64,000 nucleotides of DNA from an uncultured Lachnobacterium sp. (GTDB lineage Bacteria > Bacillota > Clostridia > Lachnospirales > Lachnospiraceae). Of this stretch, positions 38,511-47,822 are shown in pieces (position 1 is the first letter of the stretch; every line of letters starts with the position of its first letter). A program made the translations under genes and the position numbers. Location: NCBI GenBank assembly GCA_937935345.1, contig CALGXR010000024.1:16111-80110 (forward strand). Direction: 5' to 3'. The notes below the pieces were generated by a model. That model searched no databases. It was not told the DNA's origin and worked only from the letters and a program-made list of their open reading frames with translations.

Positions 38511-39100
38511 TGAAGATACTATTCTTAGCTGATGAAGAGTCGAAAATGTACTGGGAATACTTTAAGAAAGAGGATTTTAAAGGGATTGATATTATTGTAT
38601 CATGTGGAGACTTAAACCCGAGCTATCTGTCCTTTCTGACAACGATGGTTGGAGTACCGCTTTTGTATGTGCATGGCAATCACGATGACAAATACAAGAC
38701 AAAGCCACCGGAAGGCTGTATATGCATTGAGGATAAGATTTATGAATATGAGGGTGTGCGGTTTCTTGGACTGGGAGGCTCAAACCGCTATAAGCCCGGA
38801 GATAATCAGTATACGCAGAAGCAGATGACAAAGCGCGTTAAGAAGCTGTGGTGGAAGCTTAAGCGTAAAAACGGCTTTGATGTGCTTGTCACTCACTCGC
38901 CCGCAAGGGGACTGCATGACGGGGAGGATACATGCCATACAGGCTTTGATGTGTTCAACAGGCTTATTGAGCAGTACAGGCCTAGGTACTTTGTGCATGG
39001 ACATGTCCATATGAGCTACGGCAGGCAGTTTGTCAGGCTTGACAAGGTGGGTGAGACCACGGTTATCAACGCGTATGAGAAATATATTGTCGAAATATAA
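38510..39100 (+). CDS. Calcineurin-like metallophosphoesterase
   Basis: GD…GNHD…GH…GH metal-binding motifs (CGDLNP, HGNHDD, VTHSPARG, HGHVH). The start overlaps the upstream stop (TAATG). Confidence 0.75.
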   Translation: MKILFLADEESKMYWEYFKKEDFKGIDIIVSCGDLNPSYLSFLTTMVGVPLLYVHGNHDDKYKTKPPEGCICIEDKIYEYEGVRFLGLGGSNRYKPGDNQYTQKQMTKRVKKLWWKLKRKNGFDVLVTHSPARGLHDGEDTCHTGFDVFNRLIEQYRPRYFVHGHVHMSYGRQFVRLDKVGETTVINAYEKYIVEI

Positions 39101-39316
39101 AATATTTCTGCCTGATTTAGAGTTTGTTTGTAAATATTTACCAATTTTAAGAATTTATTTATCACATGGCTATATTTAGGACACAATTAAGTGTTACTAT
39201 AATATCATCAAAAGGAGCTGTTGTATTTTAACGATGCGTTGGGGTACACTCAGTTCCGACTAAAAATTATTCATGTGCACCGAGTTGACGTCGCATATGC
39301 TTTTCCTCATATATAT

Positions 39317-39348
39317 TAAAAGCCACAGGTTTTATGCCTGTGGCTTTT
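39317..39348. terminator. Bidirectional rho-independent terminator (metallophosphoesterase + / tRNA-Thr -)
   Basis: AGCCACAGG-TTTTATG-CCTGTGGCT 9-bp stem with AAAA upstream and TTTT downstream. Confidence 0.5.
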
Positions 39349-39361
39349 ATAATAATAAAAA

Positions 39362-39433
39362 AAGCTGATGACGGGAATTGAACCCGTGACCCCTTCCTTA
39401 CCAAGGAAGTGCTCTACCTCTGAGCCACATCAG
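39362..39433 (-). tRNA. tRNA-Thr (anticodon GGT)
   Basis: Reverse complement gives a GCTGATG acceptor, anticodon loop TTGGTAA, T-loop TTCAATT. Confidence 0.85.
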
Positions 39434-39449
39434 CAATTATCAACTTGCT

Positions 39450-39478
39450 AAGTTTACTATATACTTCAGCATTTGTCA
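39450..39478 (-). promoter_or_regulatory. Putative sigma-A promoter for tRNA-Thr (TTGACA-17-TAAACT on the minus strand)
   Basis: Minus-strand TTGACA (plus 39473-39478) and TAAACT (plus 39450-39455), 17-nt spacer, about 15 nt upstream of the tRNA 5' end. Confidence 0.45.
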
Positions 39479-39505
39479 ACCCAATTTGAATTAAAATATA
39501 ATTTA

Positions 39506-40225
39506 TTATGAGTTATAGTAAGCCATAACCTTTGCTACATAGTTCTGTGTTTCTTTAAATGGCGGAATGCCACCATATTTGGCCACGTTGCCGGAGCCTG
39601 CATTGTAGGCAGCCAAGGCCAGAGATTTGTCACCGTTATACTGGGCGAGCTTTTCACTTATGTATCTTGCGCCACCCATGATATTCTGGTATGGGTCGTA
39701 GGCGTTTGTGACACCAAGTGAGGCAGCGGTCTGTGGCATGAGCTGCATGATACCCATGGCGCCGGAGCTGCTGGTGCACTCTGGGGAGAAGTCGGACTCG
39801 CACTTGGCGATTGACTTAAGAAATTTGGCATCTACACCGTATTTTGAGGCGGCCTCACCAAAAATTGCATCAAGCTGTGCAGAGCATGACAAGCCGGAGG
39901 CTTCGAGCTTTACGGAGGCGGAAGCAGCTGTATTATTAACTGCGGTATTGCTGCAAAGCTCTATATTTATGCCGTTTTGATCAAAGAAGCGCTGTACAAG
40001 CGACATATCAACAGAGCCACCGTTACTTTGTGCAATCAGCTTGTCGATGGCAACAGCAGCTTCTGCCTTTTTGGCATCATCAAGCACCTGACCAAAATCA
40101 GCACCGGTGCTATTGACAGTGGAGCTGTTGCTTGAGGTACTGTTATCGCCGGATACAGTAACCTGACCGGTAGTTATATTATTTTTTGGTGTATTGTCAA
40201 TATACTGAAGTACTTTAATGTTCAT
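39506..40225 (-). CDS. Lytic transglycosylase (SLT/GEWL domain) with an S/T/N-rich N-terminal region and no evident signal peptide
   Basis: C-terminal SLT motifs …ESDFSP…AMGIMQLMPQTA…AYNAGSGNV…. The catalytic Glu lies in the CESDF context. Confidence 0.7.
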   Translation of the reverse strand: MNIKVLQYIDNTPKNNITTGQVTVSGDNSTSSNSSTVNSTGADFGQVLDDAKKAEAAVAIDKLIAQSNGGSVDMSLVQRFFDQNGINIELCSNTAVNNTAASASVKLEASGLSCSAQLDAIFGEAASKYGVDAKFLKSIAKCESDFSPECTSSSGAMGIMQLMPQTAASLGVTNAYDPYQNIMGGARYISEKLAQYNGDKSLALAAYNAGSGNVAKYGGIPPFKETQNYVAKVMAYYNS

Positions 40226-40413
40226 TTTCCTTTTCCCGTTATATCTTGATTTGAATAGTTATCTCAGTTTTGAATAGTTATATCAATTATACTTAAAAAA
40301 GTAAAGACATTTACCTAATGAGAAATTATACCATAAAAATTCTTGAAAATATACCCATTTTGTTGTAGCATATGTTTTAGTACACTTTACTATGTAAAAG
40401 TTAGGAGATAAAC

Positions 40414-41682
40414 ATGAAAAAGACACCATTTGTGACAAAACAACAGGTAGAGGAAATCGTTAAAAAATTCCCTACACCATTTCATTTATATGACGAGGCA
40501 GGCATCCGCGCCAACGCGCAGGCTGTAAAGGATGCATTTGCATGGAACCCGGGCTTTAGGGAGTATTTTGCTGTAAAGGCTACTCCAAACCCATACCTGC
40601 TCAAGATTTTAAAGGATTATGACATGGGCTGTGACTGTTCATCATACACAGAGCTTATGCTTGCAAAGTCATGCGGCTTCGACGGAGAGCATATCATGTT
40701 TTCGTCAAATGATACACCGGCAGAGGAATTTGCATATGCAGACAAGCTCGGCGCTATCATCAATCTTGATGATTTCACACATATTGATTTTTTAGAGGAA
40801 ACAATCGGACATATTCCGGAGACAATAAGCTGCAGATATAATCCGGGTGGAGTATTCACACTGTCAAACGGCATTATGGACAATCCGGGAGATTCAAAGT
40901 ATGGCATGACAAAGGAACAGCTTTTTGAGGCATTCAAAATTCTTAAGTCAAAGGGAGCTAAATACTTTGGTGTGCATGCATTCCTTGCAAGCAATACAGT
41001 TACCAACGAGTATTATCCACAGCTTGCAAAGGAGCTTTTTGAGCTGGTTGTTGAGCTTAAAAACGAGACAGGCTGCGATATCAAATTTGTAAATCTTTCA
41101 GGTGGAGTTGGCGTGGCTTATAAGCCGGATCAGACACCAAACGATATATCGGTTATCGGTGCCGGTGTGCATAAGGTATACGATGAGGTATTGGTACCGG
41201 CAGGAATGGGCGATGTGGCTATCTACACAGAGATGGGACGTTTTATGATGGCTCCGTATGGCTGTCTTGTGACAAAGGCTATTCATGAGAAGCATATCTA
41301 CAAGGAGTATATAGGAGTGGATGCATGTGCGGCAAACCTTATGAGACCGGCTGTTTACGGCTCATATCATCATATCACCGTGCTCGGCAAGGAGGATGCA
41401 CCTTGTGACCATACATATGATGTGGTTGGCTCACTCTGCGAGAACTGTGATAAGTTTGCAATTGACAGACAGCTTCCAAAGATTGATATGGGAGACTATC
41501 TGGTAATACATGATACAGGAGCACACGGCTTTTCAATGGGCTATAATTACAACGGAAGACTACGCTCAGCAGAGATATTGCTTGAAAGCAATGGGGAGGC
41601 AAAGCTCATCAGAAGAGCAGAAACTCCTGCAGATTACTTTGCAACCTTTGATTGCTTTGATGATATTAAAATAACAGAGTAA
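40414..41682 (+). CDS. Type III PLP-dependent decarboxylase (Orn/DAP/Arg decarboxylase family 2; LysA- or carboxynorspermidine-decarboxylase-like)
   Basis: N-terminal TIM-barrel with …TPFHLYDEAGIRAN…FAVKATPN… (the PLP-binding Lys is in the AVKA context) and a C-terminal beta-sandwich with …GAHGFSMGYNYNGR…. Confidence 0.7.
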   Translation: MKKTPFVTKQQVEEIVKKFPTPFHLYDEAGIRANAQAVKDAFAWNPGFREYFAVKATPNPYLLKILKDYDMGCDCSSYTELMLAKSCGFDGEHIMFSSNDTPAEEFAYADKLGAIINLDDFTHIDFLEETIGHIPETISCRYNPGGVFTLSNGIMDNPGDSKYGMTKEQLFEAFKILKSKGAKYFGVHAFLASNTVTNEYYPQLAKELFELVVELKNETGCDIKFVNLSGGVGVAYKPDQTPNDISVIGAGVHKVYDEVLVPAGMGDVAIYTEMGRFMMAPYGCLVTKAIHEKHIYKEYIGVDACAANLMRPAVYGSYHHITVLGKEDAPCDHTYDVVGSLCENCDKFAIDRQLPKIDMGDYLVIHDTGAHGFSMGYNYNGRLRSAEILLESNGEAKLIRRAETPADYFATFDCFDDIKITE

Positions 41683-41686
41683 TGCG

Positions 41687-42424
41687 CTAGCGCACTTTAC
41701 AGAGTACGTATCCGAATTTTATCCATTTGCTCATATCATCAACATTATCGCTGTCGACATAAAAGGTCTCGCCGTAATTGTTGAGTGGTGTGAGCTCACA
41801 TGGGTTTGTCTGGTGGAATTTTCTGATGTAGGCGCGCTTTGTCTGCGCGTTGATAAAGATACCGGTATCGCCGTCGCGGATTGGGTTTCGACTGATTAGA
41901 AGTATATCGCCTTTATTGTATACAGGATGCATATGATTGCTTGTCACGCGGATTCCAATGTGAAGGGCATCACCGAAGGCCTTTCTGTAATTTGAGACAT
42001 CAAGCTTTTCAACGTTGTAGGAGTCAAAAATCATGCCATCGGCCATGTTGCCTGTCGGGATGAGGACGGAAATCAGATCCTCCTTATTACTGCTTTCATC
42101 CTTGTAGGCAGATAGCGCAAGCTCAGTGTCTATAATTGAGTCTATAAATATGCGCTGGTTTTTGGAAAGCTTTTTGATGCGCTTTACAAGGTCTATTACA
42201 TCGTCATTGAAGCCTGTGAGCTCGCAGGAGAAGCGTCCTGTCAGCTTGTATATCAGGTAAGCGGTGTAGATGTCGATACGGGAGGATTCTCCGTTTGCTA
42301 TTCGCTTGTAGGTGGAGAGTGATATATCAAGTGCTTTTGCAAACTGTGCCTGGGACATACCAAGCTTTATGCGTTCGCGCTCAATATTTGTCGATATGTT
42401 GTTTGCTATTTCAAGTCGGTTCAT
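41687..42424 (-). CDS. CI/ImmR-like repressor: XRE-family HTH plus S24 (LexA-like) peptidase-fold domain whose catalytic Ser appears to be replaced
   Basis: N-terminal HTH (…LGMSQAQFAKALDISLSTYKRIANGE). C-terminal S24 fold (…MHPVYNKGDILLISRN…GDTGIF…) but GNMADG where the G-S-M Ser motif is expected. Confidence 0.65.
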   Translation of the reverse strand: MNRLEIANNISTNIERERIKLGMSQAQFAKALDISLSTYKRIANGESSRIDIYTAYLIYKLTGRFSCELTGFNDDVIDLVKRIKKLSKNQRIFIDSIIDTELALSAYKDESSNKEDLISVLIPTGNMADGMIFDSYNVEKLDVSNYRKAFGDALHIGIRVTSNHMHPVYNKGDILLISRNPIRDGDTGIFINAQTKRAYIRKFHQTNPCELTPLNNYGETFYVDSDNVDDMSKWIKFGYVLCKVR

Positions 42425-42603
42425 TTATGAGCTAATCTCCCTTCTTTTTTTAAAAATAAACTCCAAATTTGGTCATGTATTGACATACACAATAAACTAT
42501 AATGGTTACTGTTGAAACATAAATTAAATATATAAGAAACGTCAATTACTGTCAAATAAAAATGTTTGTTATATAAAAAGGGAGGTGTCCTGAAACTTAA
42601 TTA

Positions 42604-42634
42604 GTGTAAGCTGAATGCGGCTTACACTTTTTTT
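42604..42634 (+). terminator. Orphan rho-independent terminator in the intergenic region (no upstream + strand ORF)
   Basis: GTGTAAGC-TGAATGCG-GCTTACAC 8-bp stem followed by TTTTTTT (42628-42634). Confidence 0.4.
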
Positions 42635-42765
42635 ATTTAAACAAATATAGCTTTATTTATGATAAGTATTAAAAATTTTTTTAAAAATAAATGTGTCTGA
42701 GGCATTGATTAGAGCACCGCTAATTGGTACAATATTTTATTATATACAAAAGAGCAGGTGAATAT

Positions 42766-43041
42766 ATGTCGCTAAGTTTCAGAAAGTGGCGGGAAATGGC
42801 ATTGACTGAGTACCCGGTAGTGAGTGATAAGTACTACAAGAAGGTGTACGAAAACATAGCCACAGATCCGCAGACAGGGGAGAGTATACTTGTACAGCTT
42901 ACATTACAGGGAGTTTTGGATAAGTGTGAGGGTACTAATTTTGAGGAGCCAATCAGAAAGTGCATTATGAAGTGTGTATACACGGGCGGTAAGCTTGAAA
43001 AGGAAATAAATAAAGTGATGAATCAGTATTATGAGGTCTAG
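42766..43041 (+). CDS. Small hypothetical protein (91 aa) immediately upstream of fbp
   Basis: AGGTGA RBS before the ATG at 42766; stop 6 nt before the fbp start. Cys-containing (CEG…CIMKC). No domain recognised. Confidence 0.45.
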   Translation: MSLSFRKWREMALTEYPVVSDKYYKKVYENIATDPQTGESILVQLTLQGVLDKCEGTNFEEPIRKCIMKCVYTGGKLEKEINKVMNQYYEV

Positions 43042-43047
43042 ATATAT

Positions 43048-45021
43048 ATGAAGAATATAGCAATTGATAAAGAACACTTACATTATTTGGAGCAGCTGTC
43101 AGAGATGTATCCGACAATAGGTAAGGCATCGTCCGAGATCATCAATCTGCAGGCTATTTTAAACCTGCCAAAGGGCACAGAGCACTTTGTATCTGATGTG
43201 CATGGCGAGTATGAAGCCTTTTCCCATGTGCTGAAAAATGGCTCGGGGGCTGTTAGAAAGAAGATAGATGATGTATTTGGTCTTGCGATGAACAAGGCTG
43301 ACAAGGCCGCACTTGCCACACTTATCTACTATCCAAGGGAGAAGATGGAGCTTATCAAGCAGGATGAGCCTGATATGGATTCGTGGTATAAGACCACTCT
43401 TTACAAGCTGATAGAGGTGTGCAAGACAGTTTCATCAAAGTATACGCGCTCCAAGGTGAGAAAAGCTCTGCCGGAGGAGTATGCGTATGTTATAGAAGAG
43501 CTCATCACAGAAAAGCCGGAGGTGTTAAACAAGGAGGCTTACTACGAGTCAATCATCAATACAATAGTGGAGTTAGGTACTGCGGAGGAGTTTATAGTGG
43601 TGCTTTCCGAGCTTATCCAGAGGCTTGCTGTTGACCATCTGCATGTGCTTGGCGATATATACGACAGGGGAGCAGGCCCGCATCTGATAATGGACAGGCT
43701 GTGCAGATATCACTCGCTGGACATACAGTGGGGCAATCATGATATCATCTGGATGGGGGCAGCCGCAGGAAACCTTGCATGCATCGCAACTGTTGTCAGA
43801 AACAGTATCAGATACGGTAATCTGGATGTAGTCGAGGAGGGCTACGGCATAAATATGCTTCCGCTTGCTACGTTTGCACTGAAGGCGTACAAGGATGACC
43901 CTTGCACCAGATTTGTGTTCAAGGTGGCTCCAAGTGGTGCAGACAATATGGAGAGTGATCTGATAAAGAAGATGCACAAGGCCATTGCCATCATACGTTT
44001 CAAGCTGGAGGGTCAGCTCATCAAGAAGTGGCCGGAGTATGGTATGAAGGAGCGACTGCTTTTGGAGCATATTGATTACAAGAATGGAACCATAGAGCTT
44101 GAGGGCAGAACCTATAAGCTGCTTGACACAAGCTTTCCAACAATTGACCCGGCTGATCCTTACAGACTGACAGAGGACGAAGAAGAGGTGATACAAAGGC
44201 TCAGGAGCTCGTTTATCCATTGCGAGAAGCTGAAAACCCACGTTGGACTGATGCTTAAAAAGGGCAGCATGTACAAGGTATATAATGGCAATCTGCTTTT
44301 CCACGGCTGCATCCCGATGGAGGAGGACGGAAGCTTTGCTAGGGTAAATATCTACGGTAAAGAGTATAGCGGCAAGGCTTTGTTTGATATACTGGAGACA
44401 TACGTCAGAAAGGCTTTTTTCTCGGATGACAGGCTGGAGAGACAAAAGGGCAGCGATATCATGTGGTACATATGGACAGCTCCATATTCTCCGCTTTACG
44501 GCAGAAATAAGATGGCTACGTTTGAGAGATATTTTATAGATGATGATGACAAGAAAGTAGAAAAGAAAAACTTTTACTATGATTATATAAACAAGCCTGA
44601 GTGTGCACAGCGTATACTTGAGGAGTTTGGTCTGCATGACGAAAGAGACCATATCATAAACGGACACGTTCCTGTGCACAGATTAAGAGGCGAAAGCCCT
44701 GTGAAGTGCGATGGCAGAGTGATAGTCATAGATGGTGGCTTTTCAAAGGCTTACCGCAGGCGCACTGGCATCGCGGGGTATACATTAATTTACAATTCAT
44801 ATGGGCTGACATTGACAGCGCATGAGCCGTTTGAATCACCGGAGACGGCAGTAAGGGATGAGAGGGATATCGTATCAAGGCGTGAGGCTGTAGAGGTGCT
44901 GGATAAGAGAATACTTGTCGGAGATACAGATGCCGGAATAAAGATGAAGGAAAAGATTGCGGATCTAAAGCAGCTTATTGCGGTATATCGTTCGGGTGAG
45001 ATTGCAGAGCGCGATGATTAG
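43048..45021 (+). CDS. fbp: Fructose-1,6-bisphosphatase class 3 (Firmicute Fbp/YydE type)
   Basis: 657 aa. N-terminal …HFVSDVHGEYEAF… and …HVLGDIYDRGAGP…WGNHD… metallophosphatase-like motifs typical of FBPase class III. Confidence 0.85.
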   Translation: MKNIAIDKEHLHYLEQLSEMYPTIGKASSEIINLQAILNLPKGTEHFVSDVHGEYEAFSHVLKNGSGAVRKKIDDVFGLAMNKADKAALATLIYYPREKMELIKQDEPDMDSWYKTTLYKLIEVCKTVSSKYTRSKVRKALPEEYAYVIEELITEKPEVLNKEAYYESIINTIVELGTAEEFIVVLSELIQRLAVDHLHVLGDIYDRGAGPHLIMDRLCRYHSLDIQWGNHDIIWMGAAAGNLACIATVVRNSIRYGNLDVVEEGYGINMLPLATFALKAYKDDPCTRFVFKVAPSGADNMESDLIKKMHKAIAIIRFKLEGQLIKKWPEYGMKERLLLEHIDYKNGTIELEGRTYKLLDTSFPTIDPADPYRLTEDEEEVIQRLRSSFIHCEKLKTHVGLMLKKGSMYKVYNGNLLFHGCIPMEEDGSFARVNIYGKEYSGKALFDILETYVRKAFFSDDRLERQKGSDIMWYIWTAPYSPLYGRNKMATFERYFIDDDDKKVEKKNFYYDYINKPECAQRILEEFGLHDERDHIINGHVPVHRLRGESPVKCDGRVIVIDGGFSKAYRRRTGIAGYTLIYNSYGLTLTAHEPFESPETAVRDERDIVSRREAVEVLDKRILVGDTDAGIKMKEKIADLKQLIAVYRSGEIAERDD

Positions 45022-45035
45022 AGAGAGGGAATAAG

Positions 45036-45575
45036 ATGTATGTAGTTGATGGGTTTGAGTTTCAGACAAAGGAAGAGGCTAGGCAGGCTAAAAAGGAAAG
45101 TGACGGGATACGATATATAAAGGAGCAGACCGATATGTCAGACCCGGACACGGTATACAAGCTGTATTTAAGGCTTAACAAGCCGGGATATTTCTATACT
45201 CAGGTCGGGCTTGCATTTCTTATTGAGCTTCGGGAATATCTGCATACGATTCCTTATATCAAGAATGAGGATATCCGTCCGATTTATATTCCTGAGGATA
45301 AAAAAGCGGTTGTCGAGGTAAAAAAACAGACGGCAGGCTATAAGAAAAAGTTCCATGTGGCATTGTTTTTTACTATTGTACTATCGGCTGCCATAGTAGC
45401 TATGTTTGGCATCACCTATGTGAGCGGACACAGTCCGTATGTGGTGGACTACGAAAACGAGCTGATAGACAAATATGAAAACTGGCAGAAGGAGCTTGAA
45501 AAAAGGGAAAAGGCAGTTGAAGAGAGGGAAAAAGCACTGGATGAAAGGCAGGATGCAGCAGAGTGGACAAAATAA
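45036..45575 (+). CDS. Hypothetical single-pass membrane protein with a C-terminal coiled coil, first gene of the TCS operon
   Basis: One TM helix (FHVALFFTIVLSAAIVAMFGI) and an EKREKAVEEREKALDERQ coiled coil. The 3' end overlaps the response-regulator start. Confidence 0.45.
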   Translation: MYVVDGFEFQTKEEARQAKKESDGIRYIKEQTDMSDPDTVYKLYLRLNKPGYFYTQVGLAFLIELREYLHTIPYIKNEDIRPIYIPEDKKAVVEVKKQTAGYKKKFHVALFFTIVLSAAIVAMFGITYVSGHSPYVVDYENELIDKYENWQKELEKREKAVEEREKALDERQDAAEWTK

Positions 45576-46243
45576 AGATACTGGTGGTAGATGATGAGAG
45601 CAGGATGAGAAAGCTCGTGCATGATTTCCTTGCAAGGGAAGGCTATGAGGTACTTGAGGCCGGGGACGGCGAGGAGGCACTTGATATATTTTATCAGCAG
45701 AAGGATATAGCGCTGCTGGTGCTTGATATAATGATGCCAAGGATAAATGGCTTTGAGGTATGCCGTGAAATAAGACAGACTTCAAAGGTGCCGATTATTA
45801 TGCTTACAGCCAAGGGAGATGAGCGTGATGAATTAAACGGCTTTGACATTGGTGCGGATGAGTATATCTCAAAGCCGTTTTCTCCCAAGATACTGGTGGC
45901 CAGGGTAAATGCTCTCCTTCGCAGGGCAAATAAGCTGGGCGAGGAGGCAGTAATAAGCGAGGCCGGTGGTATTGTGATGGACAAGACGGCGCACACTGTA
46001 GCTATTGATGGCAAGGCTATTGAGCTTTCGGTAAAGGAATTTGAGCTTTTGGATTACTTTATGAGCAATCAGGGAATCGCTCTTACAAGGGAGCGTATAC
46101 TTGACAGCGTGTGGAGCTATGATTATTTTGGCGATGCGAGGACTATTGATACACATGTGAAGAAATTAAGAAGCAAGATGGGAGCTAAAGGCGATTATAT
46201 AAAGACTGTCTGGGGTGTTGGATATAAGTTTGAGATACAGTAA
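45563..46243 (+). CDS. OmpR-family two-component response regulator
   Basis: REC domain (ILVVDDE…DIMMP…K) and a winged-helix trans_reg_C domain (…TVWGVGYKF). 226 aa. Confidence 0.85.
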   Translation: MDKIKILVVDDESRMRKLVHDFLAREGYEVLEAGDGEEALDIFYQQKDIALLVLDIMMPRINGFEVCREIRQTSKVPIIMLTAKGDERDELNGFDIGADEYISKPFSPKILVARVNALLRRANKLGEEAVISEAGGIVMDKTAHTVAIDGKAIELSVKEFELLDYFMSNQGIALTRERILDSVWSYDYFGDARTIDTHVKKLRSKMGAKGDYIKTVWGVGYKFEIQ

Positions 46244-46287
46244 GTGTTAAGCCGGGGAATAATAGATTTGGGACAAGAGGTGTCAGC

Positions 46288-47763
46288 ATGAAAAAGAAAA
46301 AAACACTATCCACACAGCTTACGCTTGTGATTTCATTTATTGTACTTCTGATAGTAGGAGTGTTTTGGTTGGCCAATAACACACTGCTGGAGAAGTATTA
46401 TGTGTTTAACAAGGAAAAAGAGATGCTTGCTGTATACAAAATGGTGGACTCGGCTGCAAAAAATGACAAGCTGTCAGATGATGCGTTTGCTGTAGCATTT
46501 GAAAAGAAATGTGTCGGCACCAATATAGATGCGGTTGTGTTCAACAAGTACGGTAAGGTCATTATTGAGGGAACCACTGACAATCAGGAAATATTTCAGC
46601 TGCTTTTGGAGGCGAGCATGTCGTCCTATTCGGCAGACTACAATAACCTGAATATGACAAGGCAGAAGGATAAAAGGCTGGGGACAGAGTATATCATCAT
46701 AAATAACAGACTGATTGACGGTAACTTTGTATACATGAAGACACCACTTGAGAGTATTAAGGAGAGCGTATCCATATCGAACCGCTTTTTTGCAATAGGC
46801 ACAGTAGCTGCTATTGTTGTGGGAGTGTTTATGGCGTATATTGTTGCGCGCAACATGACCAAGCCGATAAGGAATATGACTGAGCTGTCGACAAGGATGG
46901 CAAAGCTTGATTTTGATGCGAAATACATTGATACGGAAAACAGTGCAAAGGAGCTTTATGTGCTTGGTGAGCATATGAACGAGCTGTCGCAGACGCTTGA
47001 GCAGACCATCACAAGACTAAAGGTGGCAAACAATGAATTACAGCGTGATATAAAGAAAAAAGAAGAAATAGATGAGATGAGAAAGGAGTTTTTGTCAAAT
47101 GTGTCACATGAGCTAAAGACTCCGCTTGCTCTAATTTCGGGCTACGCTGAGGGGCTCAAGGAGGTTGTAAACGACGATGATGAGAGCCGTAACTTCTACT
47201 GTGATGTCATCATGGACGAGACTGACAAGATGAACCGCATGGTTATGAAGCTTTTATCTCTCAATCATCTGGAGGATGGCAGTGATGTGCTTGAGATGAC
47301 GAGGTTTGATTTGACACCGCTTGTCAGAGGGGTTATAGACTCATCTAAGCTTCTGGCACAGAAAAATGAGGCTGCAATTGAGTTTGACCGCACCGATTCC
47401 GTATATGTGAGCGGTGATATATACAAGATTGAAGAGGTTGTGACAAACTATATCAGCAATGCGATAAATCACTGCACAAGAGGTGGTACTATCACTGTAT
47501 CATACAGCATGTACAGCGACCGTGTGAGGGTCAGCGTGTTTAACACGGGAGAGCCGATACCTGATAAGGATATAGACAATATATGGAATAAGTTCTATAA
47601 GGTGGACAAGGCCAGAACAAGAGAATATGGCGGAAGCGGCATAGGACTGTCTATAGTAAAGGCCATTATGGAACTGCATCACAGAGGGTATGGTGTCATA
47701 AATCACAAGGATGGTGTAGAATTCTGGTTTGAACTTGAGTTATTTATTGCAAACAATGAATAA
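46288..47763 (+). CDS. Sensor histidine kinase (2 TM, extracellular domain, HAMP, HisKA, HATPase_c)
   Basis: H-box SNVSHELKTPL, N-box, G-boxes GGSGIGLSIV. About 150-aa periplasmic loop between the TMs. Confidence 0.85.
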   Translation: MKKKKTLSTQLTLVISFIVLLIVGVFWLANNTLLEKYYVFNKEKEMLAVYKMVDSAAKNDKLSDDAFAVAFEKKCVGTNIDAVVFNKYGKVIIEGTTDNQEIFQLLLEASMSSYSADYNNLNMTRQKDKRLGTEYIIINNRLIDGNFVYMKTPLESIKESVSISNRFFAIGTVAAIVVGVFMAYIVARNMTKPIRNMTELSTRMAKLDFDAKYIDTENSAKELYVLGEHMNELSQTLEQTITRLKVANNELQRDIKKKEEIDEMRKEFLSNVSHELKTPLALISGYAEGLKEVVNDDDESRNFYCDVIMDETDKMNRMVMKLLSLNHLEDGSDVLEMTRFDLTPLVRGVIDSSKLLAQKNEAAIEFDRTDSVYVSGDIYKIEEVVTNYISNAINHCTRGGTITVSYSMYSDRVRVSVFNTGEPIPDKDIDNIWNKFYKVDKARTREYGGSGIGLSIVKAIMELHHRGYGVINHKDGVEFWFELELFIANNE

Positions 47764-47822
47764 ATGTGTTACTATATGTATTATTAGGATAAAAGTCATA
47801 GAATAAGAACGGGTTTATTGCA

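Noticed and set aside
39230-39300. Possible small ORF or sRNA between the metallophosphoesterase gene and the terminator (ATGCGTTGGGGTACACTCAGTTCCGACTAA)
   Set aside because: Only 9 codons with poor RBS spacing. The flanking GATGCG/CGCAT complementarity is too short to call a structured RNA.
42480-42503. TTGACA…TATAAT-like promoter in the XRE/small-ORF intergenic region
   Set aside because: The spacer is only 12 nt, too short for a functional sigma-A promoter.
43573-44679. 368-aa ORF on the minus strand entirely inside the fbp gene
   Set aside because: Antisense to a confidently assigned class 3 FBPase gene. Low-complexity, Leu-rich translation with no RBS. A typical spurious shadow ORF.
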